Part shown: in pieces, positions 1 through 11,347 of the stretch | How positions within the stretch are numbered: position 1 is the first letter of the stretch | Layout of the letters: each line of letters starts with the position of its first letter | Virus record (IMG/VR): IMGVR_UViG_3300008450_000005 | Location: 52,158-116,157 of that record | Reading direction: 5' to 3' (one strand) | Origin: a virus | Length of the DNA: 64,000 bases | Notes under the pieces: generated by a model | Databases searched by the model: none | Seen by the model: only the letters and a program-made list of their open reading frames with translations | What the model was told of the DNA's origin: nothing | Translations under genes and position numbers: made by a program

Positions 1-1
1 T

Positions 2-2485
2 GACATTGGTCAGATTTTCTTTGGAATGGCTAAGGAAAGAAAAGTTTCTGCCATCCAAGGTTTAATCCCGAACACTCCAGTTGTTAATACCACAGACTTC
101 AAAGTTGTCCAGATCAATAAGCAATTAACGGATAACACAAGTACCACGCAACTGAATGATCTGCTGGCTCAGAAATCTCAATTAAAAAGCGAAATTTCAG
201 AGCTTGACCAGGCAATCAATAGAGTGAGATCTCAAGTGAATACCTTACAGGGTTCGGTTGGCGTTTCTTCGCTTCCAACAAGTGGATTATCTTTGACCAG
301 TCCGGTTTCAACGGTTCAAACGTCAGGTTTATCTTCTTTGGTGGCTATAACTCAGCCTTCCTTCAACCAGGTATCGGATCCTTCTCAGGTAAATTCTTTA
401 CAGTCACAATTAAATAGCTTAACAATTCAAAGGAATCAAAAATCTCAACTTTATGATTCCGTTGTTCAGTCTATCAGAACAACGTCTTTGGATGTACCTC
501 AGCTTTCTGAACCACCTAAATATCGTGTAAGAGGTTTTTGGCCTATTCCCGAGCCAAAGGAAAGTCCAGAAACGGGTCCACAGGCTGTTATTCAATTCCA
601 AATCCGTTACAGGTATAGAAGCCAATCGGGTGCGGTTCAACCAACCGAACAAATCGAATACCAAGATTTAAATGGCGAAAGAAAAACAGGAGCTTTTTCT
701 AACTGGGTAGTTATTAAAACTGAGGTTAGAAAAAAGATCTATAATATTGAATCGGGAACTTATGTTTGGGCGGATGAAAATCCAGATAATGCAGACGTTG
801 TCAACATCAATCAGCTAGATATTGCTATCACTAAAGGTGAGCAGTTAGAGATCCAGATCTTATCGATCTCAGAAGCTGGATGGCCAGACAATCCTCTCCT
901 TTCTCCATACTCTAATTCTGTTATTGTTACATTCCCAGAGAATTTAACAACTGAATCGCAATTAACTACAGTATTAAACAATAGCACGGATCAAGCATTG
1001 GTCATCATGAAGCAGGAATTATCTGCTCAAGGATTGAACTCTCACTTGTCCGAGCAATTTGAGACTAATAATAGAACCTTCTATCACACAGCAAACGGAA
1101 TTGCTTCCGGTTTCTTTGGTAATGATGGAACGGTTATTAATCTCTACCAAAAATTGGTCGACCTTCAGAATCAGGTTGACGCATTACGTGCACTTGTTAA
1201 CCAGCAGGTTGGGGAATTGGCAGTGGAGATCATCAGCTCAGATCTGCAGATCCCTGCGGGTTCTGTTGCTCCCGGATCGACAGTTTCATTGGAAGTTCAA
1301 CCATTTTCAAATGTTTACCAGAATCCTTTAACAACAGACGCAGGAAAGATCAGTACCACTACATTAAGCTTGAAGATTTCGAATGTAGCAGCAAGTCCTC
1401 TTGAATTATCTTCTTTGCTGCCAGGTTCTATGAGTGTTAAGGTTTCTGATTCTATCCCGCCGTTAATTGGTTATGCTCAGAATCTCAGATACGAGGATGT
1501 ACCTGTAAGCCAAAGATCTTTGGAACCAGCCGATATTATCGGTCCTACAGGAAGTCCTGACAACATGTCAACCTCACAAGCACCTCCATATGCTTCAGCA
1601 AACTTATACAGCCAATGGATGTATCCAAGATACAAATCCGTTGGAGGTGATAGAACACTCTATGTAATTAATGATGCCGCTTATGCATCAAATTATGATT
1701 ATGCGGGAGCGGTTCCTGTAAACGGTAACCAGCTAATTCCTCATGATCCTACCTTGATCAGTCCAAGTGGATCTTTAAGTGGCGGATCTAACGCTTCTGT
1801 TTGGTCAGGCGGATATACAGGTGGCACCGGGGCAAGAACACCTATCGGTAATGGTCCATTATCAGAATTCAGCGTGCATATTAATCATCCTTCACTTAAT
1901 AACGGGAATGGAACTGCATTCCAGGAATTAGTTAAGCCTAATTATGCAAACGGTACTATCGTTTATCCTGCGTTCAGACAATCTCTTTATTTCGAGACCG
2001 ACGTAAATCAGAATGATTACTACAAACAGCTAGGTTACAGACAGGTTAATACTCCTTTTGTTACCGGTCCTTCTGGTTCTAATAGAACAGATTCGATGTA
2101 TCCGATGAAATTGGGATTTGAACAGAATGACGAGTTCTTAATAGGTAAATACTCTTGTGGTTCTTATCTGTTCTTAGCACCAGCTACTAATTCGTCGATC
2201 CAAGTTCCTGGAACAACTTCTTTATCTACAACAATTATTGGGACTGGAATTTCCAATTCAATTATCATCCCAGTGATATTCCAATTCAGACCAGTGGACA
2301 AGCTTGGTTACATAGGAGGATTTAGATTAAATGGTAATTTAACTAATATTACTTATTCAAAAACTATCGGAATTGATATCAAACCCAGATATTCTGACGT
2401 TTTCTCTTTCGATGTAAAAGTAACAGGAAGATTCAAGACCGATGATTTACGCTCTCCATTAACAAATGTCTCACCGAGTCTATAA
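2..2485 (+). CDS. Large virion structural protein (partial; frame is open from the window edge)
   Basis: The frame is open from position 2 (DIGQIFFG-MAKE...). Coiled-coil stretches plus S/T/G/N-rich beta-type composition; first gene of the structural block. Confidence 0.6.
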   Translation, partial: DIGQIFFGMAKERKVSAIQGLIPNTPVVNTTDFKVVQINKQLTDNTSTTQLNDLLAQKSQLKSEISELDQAINRVRSQVNTLQGSVGVSSLPTSGLSLTSPVSTVQTSGLSSLVAITQPSFNQVSDPSQVNSLQSQLNSLTIQRNQKSQLYDSVVQSIRTTSLDVPQLSEPPKYRVRGFWPIPEPKESPETGPQAVIQFQIRYRYRSQSGAVQPTEQIEYQDLNGERKTGAFSNWVVIKTEVRKKIYNIESGTYVWADENPDNADVVNINQLDIAITKGEQLEIQILSISEAGWPDNPLLSPYSNSVIVTFPENLTTESQLTTVLNNSTDQALVIMKQELSAQGLNSHLSEQFETNNRTFYHTANGIASGFFGNDGTVINLYQKLVDLQNQVDALRALVNQQVGELAVEIISSDLQIPAGSVAPGSTVSLEVQPFSNVYQNPLTTDAGKISTTTLSLKISNVAASPLELSSLLPGSMSVKVSDSIPPLIGYAQNLRYEDVPVSQRSLEPADIIGPTGSPDNMSTSQAPPYASANLYSQWMYPRYKSVGGDRTLYVINDAAYASNYDYAGAVPVNGNQLIPHDPTLISPSGSLSGGSNASVWSGGYTGGTGARTPIGNGPLSEFSVHINHPSLNNGNGTAFQELVKPNYANGTIVYPAFRQSLYFETDVNQNDYYKQLGYRQVNTPFVTGPSGSNRTDSMYPMKLGFEQNDEFLIGKYSCGSYLFLAPATNSSIQVPGTTSLSTTIIGTGISNSIIIPVIFQFRPVDKLGYIGGFRLNGNLTNITYSKTIGIDIKPRYSDVFSFDVKVTGRFKTDDLRSPLTNVSPSL

Positions 2486-2503
2486 AACGTTATATAGAGC
2501 ATA

Positions 2504-5500
2504 ATGGCAGGAGAAAAATTATACGATAGTAATACTTCGTTTCAAATTCTTAGAACGAATCCTAAACTAACTGGGAATTTCCGCATCGCGGTGGATTCCC
2601 AGAATAAAGTTTGGCTGAATTCTTTGGATGTAAACACCACGCTATCAAATAATAGGTACAAAAAATTTGAGGTTACAGGTCAGCAATCTTATGCTACTGA
2701 TGTCTTCAATTTTTTTCAAAGAGGATCAACCCCTAACGAGGTTATCTTCGAGTCTGCCAGTCTAACAGACGGAAACCTACAGTCGAGCACCACCTTCAAC
2801 GATCAGTATGATTTTTTCTACGCGTCTGGTGCTTCAACTCTGGTTGATAAAAACTATCCGGAAAATTTCAGATACTTTGCTCCTTTATGGATTAAAGATG
2901 TTATTCCTGATTACTTTGTTATATTCAAAGTTCCAAACCCACTTTCTTTTCCTTACACAACAAACGTAACAAGTATTGTTGCTGGGAAAACATATAAAGT
3001 GATCCAAAACCCTACTTCTTCTGATGTATTTTCTGTTAGCTATGGAATCGATTTATCTGGTAATCCAGTAACTTACACAGCGGGACAGTTTATCACCGGT
3101 GTAGATTCTTATTCAACTTATACAATCATTTCTGGACAGGGTAACGTTGCGCTTTTTGACGAGCTTGCATTTTATCCTGAGGTTAGCGATGTTTCTGCGT
3201 ATTTCGAAGATCAGATACTTCCTAATTGTCAGAGTATTGCTACTTTTGATCTTAGAGAGGGAACAACAATCGGAAATTATATCCGTAATCTGTACCGAGA
3301 CCAGAATTATAACCAATCTCCGGTTACTTTCGGAATGGGCAATGCCTACACGTATTGGAATGGTGTAAACCTGACCTCCGGAGTGCTAGGACAAAAAGGA
3401 GAAATCCTTGATTCTTATTTTAGAAGCACGAGTTCGATCCCTATGATCGACTTCGAAGCCACAATGACTGGAGGATTTGAAAGAAATGGGATAGTTTGTG
3501 CCAATCTTTTGAATCTAGAATTCTATTTTGATGACGACGATTCTGATCTTTACACGATCAATCGTTACTTCGGAGCATACGTTTCTAGAAATGATACAGG
3601 ATCTTTTAAATTAAATGGTGATTTCTTCTGGGATTACAAAGATGAACCCGGAAATTTAAATCTACCCAAACCCACCAGAGACAATTTAGGATATTACTAT
3701 AACAATGTTAGTGCTTTCCAGAGTTCAACCGGCGGTGTTCGTCTCTATTACGAGGGAGCAACCGGATGGATTCCTGGTGCATTGGACATTAACCAGAATA
3801 ATCCAGATAAGCTTTTCTATATTACTGATAAGCTGGATAGATTATATTCTTTGAAAAGAACACCGGAAGCTTCCATTCCAGATTATGCTGAATTCGGACC
3901 TTGGCTGGGCATAACAGGAGGATTTGGTACCACAGGTTTTGTTGGTGCGACTTCTGGAAGTCTAGTTATTGGTGATCAGCAAGTAAATCTATTGGACTTC
4001 ACCGGTCCAGACGATAAGTTAGGATCATTCAACGGATCTACCCCTGTTGATGCAGGATGCTCTTATATCTCAATCACATTTAAGAATGAGATACCAGTTA
4101 GCAAAAAAATAGTTTTTAGAATTGCTTGGCCGGAAGGAAGCAGAGGAACGCTTCAAGAAAAATTCGATCTCGTAGAGAATGGGGATTTTTCCGGATCGCA
4201 AATACGCTGGATCCCTGGTGATTCTTATGCCGTTGGTAATGATTATTACTTCAATGGTTTAATTGGCCAAGGTGGAACCGGTGATATTGCTAAAAGTTTT
4301 TCCGGAGCAGCTGGAGAGATTACTTCGATTGGCTGGATTTCAGCACCATCTGGGACTGATTCAGTTATTCGCTTAGTCGTACCTGGAAGTTACGGAAACA
4401 AAACTTACAGAGTTTCTGTCCACGACGATTATCAAATTTTTGCTACAAGCTATGTGGGCGATTGGAATACAACCTCATTTTATCCCACCGGCGTAATTGT
4501 TTTATATGGAGGAGAGTATTGGCAATCGATCGCCTCTGTTCCCTCTACTATCACGGGAAATCTTACCCCCGATAGTGATCCAGTTTTTTGGCAAAAATAC
4601 TATTCATTAAGTGATACGTCACTTTCTGATACAATCTTTTTGGATGGTAAGGACGCTACTTCAATTTCAGGTCCTGTCCATTTTAGAGGAGGAACTGATT
4701 CTAACCAGATTAGAGTAGTTTTTGGCAAGGAGAATGATCTTTCCGTTGTAAAAGGTAATTGGATCGAAACCACCACAGGATTCTCAATAATCAAGCAGGT
4801 TGACAAATACGTTGACTCACCTTCATTCACGAACGGATTTCCTAGCGGATGGAATGGATACAATAGTTTATCTGTAGCGGTTTTGGCTGATCAAAATGCC
4901 ATCGTGAGTTTCGGTACCAATAGGCAATTCAACGCCTTTAAGATGACCGAACTTTCAACAGGTGTATTTACATTTTTTGACGTTAGAGATCTTGATTTCG
5001 ATTTCTATTCATCTGTTTATGCAACGACTCCAACACCGGAATTCTATAGATATTTCCAGCTTATTTCTAATCAGGCAGGAAACATCATTAATGGCGTAAA
5101 ATATCTGGTTCAGACTGGTTCTATCACTTACAATGGAACGGTTTATACACCTGGTAAAATATTCATAGGAACCAGCTCTGCAAATCTTTTCATAGATAAC
5201 ATTCAGAGCGGACCAAAATCAATTGTTGTACCGGCGGAATTTACTAAGCTTGTTTATAGTGATTCTTCGGCAACGTATAACGTTCCAGTTGATGCTGAGA
5301 ACAATATTGGGAAATTCCAAGGATTTATCGGGATTGAATCAATTTCTACCATAAATCGTGATCCCAATCTTACACCAAAAGAATATCAATTCGAAGGGAA
5401 TAAACTCACGAATGAGTATGATTATCTCGAAGAGAACTATACGACCGGCAGAGCCAATTTTTCTCGTATCGTTCCGATCGTAAATAAATGGGTTTATACA

Positions 5501-7975
5501 GGCGGTACGGATGCACGTGGAAACATGTACAGACTAAATCTGACACCTGCTTTCTCCACTACAAACTTTTCACCTAGTTTAGAGAAAGAAACACCAGATC
5601 CTAACTATTTAACCCACGAATGGTTTGTTTTAGAGGGATTACCACAGCAATACCCTCCTTCAGCTCTAGAAAATCAAAATAGCTATCTACCATATAAAGT
5701 AGATCTAGATACTTTGAGAAGCGCTGATCCTACTAATTCTCTGTATTTCAGCGATACCTTCACAGTCGAGGGAACAGACTATCTAGGGGCTTATTCGAAT
5801 TCGACTTTACCAACGAAAGAATTTTTCACTCCTCTATATTTCAATAAATCCAATGGTTTTTATGAAACACTATTCAGAGGGGTAAAGATCCAATTCAGAA
5901 AAAGATCAACCTTAACCAACCCGACTAACGATCTTGATCGGTATGTTCCTAATTATCGTGGATACGAAGGATATAAATTTTCAGCTATCTTACGGATAGT
6001 AGAAGAGGATAGCACCTCAATCCAAAGTCCGGTACAGTATGAGGTAATCGAAAATGCAACCCAGCAATTTGTTCTTCTGGTTTGCTACGTTACGATTAAT
6101 GACTACCGTGCTAATGTATTAGGACACACCGGTGCAACCGGTTTTTCACCGTATCTGGATTACCTCTTGATGTATTCTCTGATAGACAAGAAGAAAAATA
6201 GCGGTATAGGTTTAACCGCTAGCACACCTCAAGAACTTTATAAGATAGGAGACACAAAGCTCAGCGTAGCTCTTGATTTGAGCGTGACGTCTGGAAGCTC
6301 AGTTACTTCGTTCACTGATCCGGGTGTTATCTATTCGATTCCGAACCCAGATTATGATAGTGATTTGAGAGAAGAGATTAATCTTTTCTACCCACAAGGA
6401 GCAAATACTCTGATTGGATCAACCGGGGCTGGAAGTTTTTCGGTTCCTAGCAACACATCAACCTATCCTTGGCCAACCGGAAGATCTATTTCTTTTGTTA
6501 ATTTTGGACCAATTGATTCTCTCAATTATACTTTTAATATTCCGTTCTCACCAACCTCACCAGCGACAATCCCTCTCGGATCAAAGCTCACTTATGAGGA
6601 TAAACCGGTTTTCCAATTATCGGGCGGAGAGAACTACTTTGATTTCATTATAAAAAGGATATCCACTGCAGAGATTGCAAAAAGGTTTAATAACTTAAAC
6701 CCCTATATCTCATATAATTCGTACTATTGGGATTCAGCCACATCTTCTACTTTGGTAGATACCCAATCATTGAACATGAACTTCTTGAAGCCTAGTTATC
6801 TTTCAAGAAATACTGGTTTAAGACCGGCTCCATCAGTTCAAGGACCATCTACCCTGGGTGTTTCTACGATTACAACTTACGACATTGTTGATGGTGGAAT
6901 ACAATATGCTTCTGACCTAGCTCGTTATAATGGTGGGTATGAGCCTTTAACTCGCAAAAGCATTCTATTCAAAAACGATAAGACTGATACTATTGTTGGA
7001 TACACCGCTATAGATCTTTCTTTCAGAAATTGTACTTTCGCTCCTAACCAGAAGGGATTTGGACTAATCAAGAATTTGTGTTATACCAAGGTGAGCACGA
7101 ATAAGGGATTGCTGGACAAGGCCGCTAATCTCCCTCAGGGACCTGTTTATCCATTGGTTGGTTTAACCCCAGTGGCTAAAAAGGATTTCTCGATCTTCCA
7201 ATCCAATTGGGAATCTGGCTATTATAATTTATTCAGCGACGTTTTTTCTGAAACACCAGTTGCTGGAACCAGGTCTATGAAAGAATATAACTCTTTCTTT
7301 GGCTCGAAGATGATGAGAACCCCTGATAATATTTTGGCTTCTACATTCATCACATTGCCAGTTTCACGTTTGAGCGGTAATAGTAATGTTGATGAAATAA
7401 ATCTCGCTGCAGCAGCTGCAGTTACCCAGATCCAAAATATGCCTATCACATCCAGCGGGACTGGAATAGGACAATTGGACACTGCTTTTGTTTCAGTAGA
7501 TCTTCAGGTTCTTGATCTGAACATATATCCTGATGTTGAAGTATTCTATCAGCTTCTTGATTCGAACCAATTATTCGGTATTATCAGATTAGATAGAATT
7601 CTAAGAAGATTCTTGTTGAATGCTGGAGTAAAGAATGTTTTCCAGCAGAATATGATATCTGAATTTGGTGTGGGCAATCCAAACAGCATTGAAGATGATA
7701 TCAGAGAATATATCGCATTGAACGTAATTCCGATCTTCACTGCACAATCATTTAACCTCTATGTCAAGCAGGTTTCCGATCCATCCACAGATAATGGCGG
7801 TCTGCGTTACGTAGTAGGTGATATTTTAGGTAAGGATAGATACAAGGAAGGCTATAAACCGGAGGATGGTTTAAGCCTGGTTAAAATAAGTGAATTGGTT
7901 TACACGTTCACTTATGATGTACCAGCAACCTCTAATTGGTCTCTAAACTTCAGTTTTGGAATACAAAAAATTTAA
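2504..7975 (+). CDS. Very large (1823 aa) virion structural protein, probably baseplate/tail-associated
   Basis: Size, S/T/G/N/Y-rich composition, a carbohydrate-binding-like segment (YVGDWNTTSFYPTGVIVLYGGEYWQS), structural context. Confidence 0.6.
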   Translation: MAGEKLYDSNTSFQILRTNPKLTGNFRIAVDSQNKVWLNSLDVNTTLSNNRYKKFEVTGQQSYATDVFNFFQRGSTPNEVIFESASLTDGNLQSSTTFNDQYDFFYASGASTLVDKNYPENFRYFAPLWIKDVIPDYFVIFKVPNPLSFPYTTNVTSIVAGKTYKVIQNPTSSDVFSVSYGIDLSGNPVTYTAGQFITGVDSYSTYTIISGQGNVALFDELAFYPEVSDVSAYFEDQILPNCQSIATFDLREGTTIGNYIRNLYRDQNYNQSPVTFGMGNAYTYWNGVNLTSGVLGQKGEILDSYFRSTSSIPMIDFEATMTGGFERNGIVCANLLNLEFYFDDDDSDLYTINRYFGAYVSRNDTGSFKLNGDFFWDYKDEPGNLNLPKPTRDNLGYYYNNVSAFQSSTGGVRLYYEGATGWIPGALDINQNNPDKLFYITDKLDRLYSLKRTPEASIPDYAEFGPWLGITGGFGTTGFVGATSGSLVIGDQQVNLLDFTGPDDKLGSFNGSTPVDAGCSYISITFKNEIPVSKKIVFRIAWPEGSRGTLQEKFDLVENGDFSGSQIRWIPGDSYAVGNDYYFNGLIGQGGTGDIAKSFSGAAGEITSIGWISAPSGTDSVIRLVVPGSYGNKTYRVSVHDDYQIFATSYVGDWNTTSFYPTGVIVLYGGEYWQSIASVPSTITGNLTPDSDPVFWQKYYSLSDTSLSDTIFLDGKDATSISGPVHFRGGTDSNQIRVVFGKENDLSVVKGNWIETTTGFSIIKQVDKYVDSPSFTNGFPSGWNGYNSLSVAVLADQNAIVSFGTNRQFNAFKMTELSTGVFTFFDVRDLDFDFYSSVYATTPTPEFYRYFQLISNQAGNIINGVKYLVQTGSITYNGTVYTPGKIFIGTSSANLFIDNIQSGPKSIVVPAEFTKLVYSDSSATYNVPVDAENNIGKFQGFIGIESISTINRDPNLTPKEYQFEGNKLTNEYDYLEENYTTGRANFSRIVPIVNKWVYTGGTDARGNMYRLNLTPAFSTTNFSPSLEKETPDPNYLTHEWFVLEGLPQQYPPSALENQNSYLPYKVDLDTLRSADPTNSLYFSDTFTVEGTDYLGAYSNSTLPTKEFFTPLYFNKSNGFYETLFRGVKIQFRKRSTLTNPTNDLDRYVPNYRGYEGYKFSAILRIVEEDSTSIQSPVQYEVIENATQQFVLLVCYVTINDYRANVLGHTGATGFSPYLDYLLMYSLIDKKKNSGIGLTASTPQELYKIGDTKLSVALDLSVTSGSSVTSFTDPGVIYSIPNPDYDSDLREEINLFYPQGANTLIGSTGAGSFSVPSNTSTYPWPTGRSISFVNFGPIDSLNYTFNIPFSPTSPATIPLGSKLTYEDKPVFQLSGGENYFDFIIKRISTAEIAKRFNNLNPYISYNSYYWDSATSSTLVDTQSLNMNFLKPSYLSRNTGLRPAPSVQGPSTLGVSTITTYDIVDGGIQYASDLARYNGGYEPLTRKSILFKNDKTDTIVGYTAIDLSFRNCTFAPNQKGFGLIKNLCYTKVSTNKGLLDKAANLPQGPVYPLVGLTPVAKKDFSIFQSNWESGYYNLFSDVFSETPVAGTRSMKEYNSFFGSKMMRTPDNILASTFITLPVSRLSGNSNVDEINLAAAAAVTQIQNMPITSSGTGIGQLDTAFVSVDLQVLDLNIYPDVEVFYQLLDSNQLFGIIRLDRILRRFLLNAGVKNVFQQNMISEFGVGNPNSIEDDIREYIALNVIPIFTAQSFNLYVKQVSDPSTDNGGLRYVVGDILGKDRYKEGYKPEDGLSLVKISELVYTFTYDVPATSNWSLNFSFGIQKI

Positions 7976-7978
7976 CAG

Positions 7979-9505
7979 ATGGCTGAACCAAGTATACTAT
8001 CATTTAATTATTCCGACGATCAGTTAGAGATTGTAAGAAAATTAAATTACAATTTCGAGCAGATCTCCGCCGCAGATGGTGGGGTTCAAGGACCAATCGG
8101 CCCAACTGGTGCTACTGGATTAATAGGACAGATCGGTCCAATTGGTCCAACCGGTAATACCGGTCCGAGAGGAAGTAGATGGTTTGTAGGCGGGATTGAA
8201 GCACCGACTGGAGGATATGGAGATGTAACGGTTGAAGGAGACTACTGGATCGATACCGATGCTATAGAAAAAACTCTTTATGTTTTTGGTCCATCGGGAT
8301 GGCTTGATACAGGCTATGACTTGATACCCGAGGACGAGTTTAAGTTTATCCCTGATCTAATTACAGCCACTGGTGCAACTTCTAATTTTTTGGCAATTGT
8401 CCAGAACACTCTTTTACCATCGTCAAACACATTCGTTTTAAGCGACGGTAATCCATCTATTGAATTAACCAATCCCGATTATACAAATTTCCTGATCACG
8501 ACAGACCCTGGGGTTAATCAGTATCCGATCATGGAGTTCTCTCGCAGCGATGCGACTATAATTGGAGCTTCAGGTTATTTCAAAAGACCAATTTGGAGAT
8601 GGACTGGCGGGGATAATGACTATAACTTGGCTTTCGCTGTCCCTAGCGATAGGCTAACTATTTTGACCAAGTCGGGAATAACCGGAACCGTCACAAATAA
8701 GGCAAATTTCCAGGCGGATGATTCACTCTTTTTGACCAGCAAATCAACAATAGATTTCACTTCAGGAGGTCCTTCATTCTTCAATACTCCCGGATCTTTG
8801 GGTATTACAGCATCAAATTTATCACTAAATAGTACAAGGCTGGAAACTGATGTTGATTTGAAAATCCAGACTATACCTGGTAAATCTCCATCAAATGATC
8901 CAGTTTTCGGTAATTACTCTCTCTGGATAGACAACCCTTCAGGGACATCCTTATTCTTGGGAGCAACCGGTATTGCCACAGGTGGCAATCATTTAATGGT
9001 TGCAAAGAAGGATCAAACCAATTTACTCGAAGTTAGAAGCGATGGAGTATTTTACGCTAAGAAAAGAACCACATACAATAAAAGGCCGGTTTTCAATTCT
9101 TCAAATTCTATCTCAATAGATTATGGAAGTGGATTGATAATCTCCTGGTATTTCATAACTGCATCTAGCCTGTCCTACAATAATACATTCCTTATTGATG
9201 TAAATCCGGCCAACGATATCGGTGTGGCCGTTAACGTAAGATCTGGAGACGGTGATAACGTTATGAACTTGCTAGAAAAATACCAGTCCATGAAAATAAA
9301 CGTTCTAACTAGCACGAACGATCCGATGAAAAAAATCAAATATCTAGGATATTACACTGGTTCTCCACCATTGGTAGGCCAATATATAAAATTTGGCTCA
9401 GGATTGAACCAGGCTGAATTGGAAGTTCTCAGAGGAGACGGTATCACAGCAACTAGCAGTAGAATTCTTTATTCATCGAATCAGGGGTCGGGTAGATTGC
9501 TTTAA
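7979..9505 (+). CDS. Collagen-like tail fibre/appendage protein, paralogue 1
   Basis: N-terminal [11 protein letters not shown], then a Gly-X-Y run ([32 protein letters not shown]). Confidence 0.65.
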   Translation: MAEPSILSFNYSDDQLEIVRKLNYNFEQISAADGGVQGPIGPTGATGLIGQIGPIGPTGNTGPRGSRWFVGGIEAPTGGYGDVTVEGDYWIDTDAIEKTLYVFGPSGWLDTGYDLIPEDEFKFIPDLITATGATSNFLAIVQNTLLPSSNTFVLSDGNPSIELTNPDYTNFLITTDPGVNQYPIMEFSRSDATIIGASGYFKRPIWRWTGGDNDYNLAFAVPSDRLTILTKSGITGTVTNKANFQADDSLFLTSKSTIDFTSGGPSFFNTPGSLGITASNLSLNSTRLETDVDLKIQTIPGKSPSNDPVFGNYSLWIDNPSGTSLFLGATGIATGGNHLMVAKKDQTNLLEVRSDGVFYAKKRTTYNKRPVFNSSNSISIDYGSGLIISWYFITASSLSYNNTFLIDVNPANDIGVAVNVRSGDGDNVMNLLEKYQSMKINVLTSTNDPMKKIKYLGYYTGSPPLVGQYIKFGSGLNQAELEVLRGDGITATSSRILYSSNQGSGRLL

Positions 9506-9516
9506 TAGATAAATTT

Positions 9517-9702
9517 ATGTTGACTTGCGGAAATTCATGCGACATCAAATGGGAAATCTCGGTCTTACATGAGACGAAAGATGGTTTACTAGTTATGACA
9601 CCAAACGGTGACCTGAACTGGATGAGCCATATAGATTATCAAAATTTTTTAAACCAAAGGAAGTTAAGATCCAAATCCGTGCTGGAAGAAGATGATAATT
9701 AA
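9517..9702 (+). CDS. Small hypothetical protein
   Basis: 61-aa ORF filling the intergenic gap. Confidence 0.45.
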   Translation: MLTCGNSCDIKWEISVLHETKDGLLVMTPNGDLNWMSHIDYQNFLNQRKLRSKSVLEEDDN

Positions 9703-9726
9703 TAATAGGGCCGTTTAGAGATTATC

Positions 9727-9734
9727 GATATATA
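9727..9734 (+). promoter_or_regulatory. GATATATA late-promoter-like motif (representative of about 20 copies)
   Basis: Recurs just upstream of start codons across the window; see findings for the list. Confidence 0.6.
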
Positions 9735-9739
9735 AATAC

Positions 9740-11347
9740 ATGGCCGATTTAAAGCTTGTTCGGATTACAAAAGGAGATACCCAAACGGTACTCATAAATA
9801 AATTAAATCAAAATTTCGGAAGGATACTTTCTTCCGGCGGAGGAACCTATGGAAGGACTGGACAGGCAGGAACAATTGGCAACCCTGGGCTAACAGGTCC
9901 AACTGGAGACTATGGATCACCTGGTATCAGAGGATCTAAATGGTTTGTCTCGAATCTAGAACCACCCACAGGACTAACCGGATATTATGATGGTGACCAT
10001 TGGGTAGTATCAACTGATGACTTCAAAGATTACATTTTAACTGGCGGGGTTTGGACTCCAAGCGGTTTATTTCTAACCGGAACTCAGTTTTTCACCAAAA
10101 TCGAAGACATCAAGGATAGAACCGGCGATCAGACTAAAAATGCAATCGTCGAATTCACATCTACCCCATCTTCAACAACCATGGTTTTGTCTGATACCAC
10201 CACGAGTACTTCGTATGGTAACAGTCAATATTCAAAATTCCAAATATCCACTATTGGATCAGCTGGTAGAAATGTCCTAGAATTCTCTAAATCTGAATTA
10301 CAGGACGGAACCGGTGCGGAAGCTTCGAAACATCCATATTTTGCATGGGAATTTGATGCAACACCGAATGATTACAGTCTAGTTTGGGGAATGACCGGCG
10401 GAGGATTCTTTTTGTCTGCTTCTGATTTGGCTATGATATCCCAAACTTCTGACTTTGAAATAGGAGTTACCGGAGCGATCATTTTTGATAATTCAAGTTC
10501 TCTGTTTCAATTTTCTAAAGAAAACATTGAGGTATCAACCGGGTCAGATTTTTATCTTTCATCAACAAGCACAAGTTTAGGAGCTACCGGTCTATCACTC
10601 TCCGGCAGTTTAAAGATTAACTCGGATTCAGCAACGGTTCCGGGAGTTACTTCAGATTCGTATATTACTGACGGTGGAAATGTTAGAATAACCTACACTA
10701 CACCAAGCTCACTCAATCTACAGGATTCTCAAATCTCCTTAGTTAACGTAGTCCACGATTCAATCACAAACCCACTGTTCTTAAGCACAGCAGACGGCGA
10801 AACGAGATTTGCAAATTTATCTGAATCATATAACCAGGACCTAACCGTTTTATCTGGCGCAACGGGAGCATATACCCGTGGTGGCACTGGATATTATATA
10901 AATTGGGCATCGGTTTCTCCAGCACCGGTCGGACCTACTGCCGATCGTTCTCTTGCATACTTTAACACCGTAATAGTAAGTCCTTCGGGATTAACAGGTG
11001 GTGGAACAGCGGGCAATCCATTTAATGGGGTCAGCTTTTTAGGCACTTACGGATCAGGAATGAATAATAACCCTCTTGCTAAGATGATCGAAGAAAATAG
11101 ATCATTCTCCCTCACTGTAACAGGGACTACGCAAGACCATTCATTTAAAGCTGTTGGGATTGGAACTTATTCTAATCCAGCATCTCCTTTCCCGAATCCG
11201 TCAGTTGGTTCCGAATGGCAGATTTTACCATTTGCGTCACCGGCTGTTACTTTCCATGTCATGAGATTACCAAACAACGGAGCAACTGGTAGCTGGAGGG
11301 TTTTCTTCGAGGCTAATAAATTTTCAGGATTACTTTACGAGGCATGA
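9740..11347 (+). CDS. Collagen-like tail fibre/appendage protein, paralogue 2
   Basis: GDTQTVLINKLNQNFGRI..GGG, Gly-X-Y run, GIRGSKWF; same architecture as 7979. Confidence 0.65.
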   Translation: MADLKLVRITKGDTQTVLINKLNQNFGRILSSGGGTYGRTGQAGTIGNPGLTGPTGDYGSPGIRGSKWFVSNLEPPTGLTGYYDGDHWVVSTDDFKDYILTGGVWTPSGLFLTGTQFFTKIEDIKDRTGDQTKNAIVEFTSTPSSTTMVLSDTTTSTSYGNSQYSKFQISTIGSAGRNVLEFSKSELQDGTGAEASKHPYFAWEFDATPNDYSLVWGMTGGGFFLSASDLAMISQTSDFEIGVTGAIIFDNSSSLFQFSKENIEVSTGSDFYLSSTSTSLGATGLSLSGSLKINSDSATVPGVTSDSYITDGGNVRITYTTPSSLNLQDSQISLVNVVHDSITNPLFLSTADGETRFANLSESYNQDLTVLSGATGAYTRGGTGYYINWASVSPAPVGPTADRSLAYFNTVIVSPSGLTGGGTAGNPFNGVSFLGTYGSGMNNNPLAKMIEENRSFSLTVTGTTQDHSFKAVGIGTYSNPASPFPNPSVGSEWQILPFASPAVTFHVMRLPNNGATGSWRVFFEANKFSGLLYEA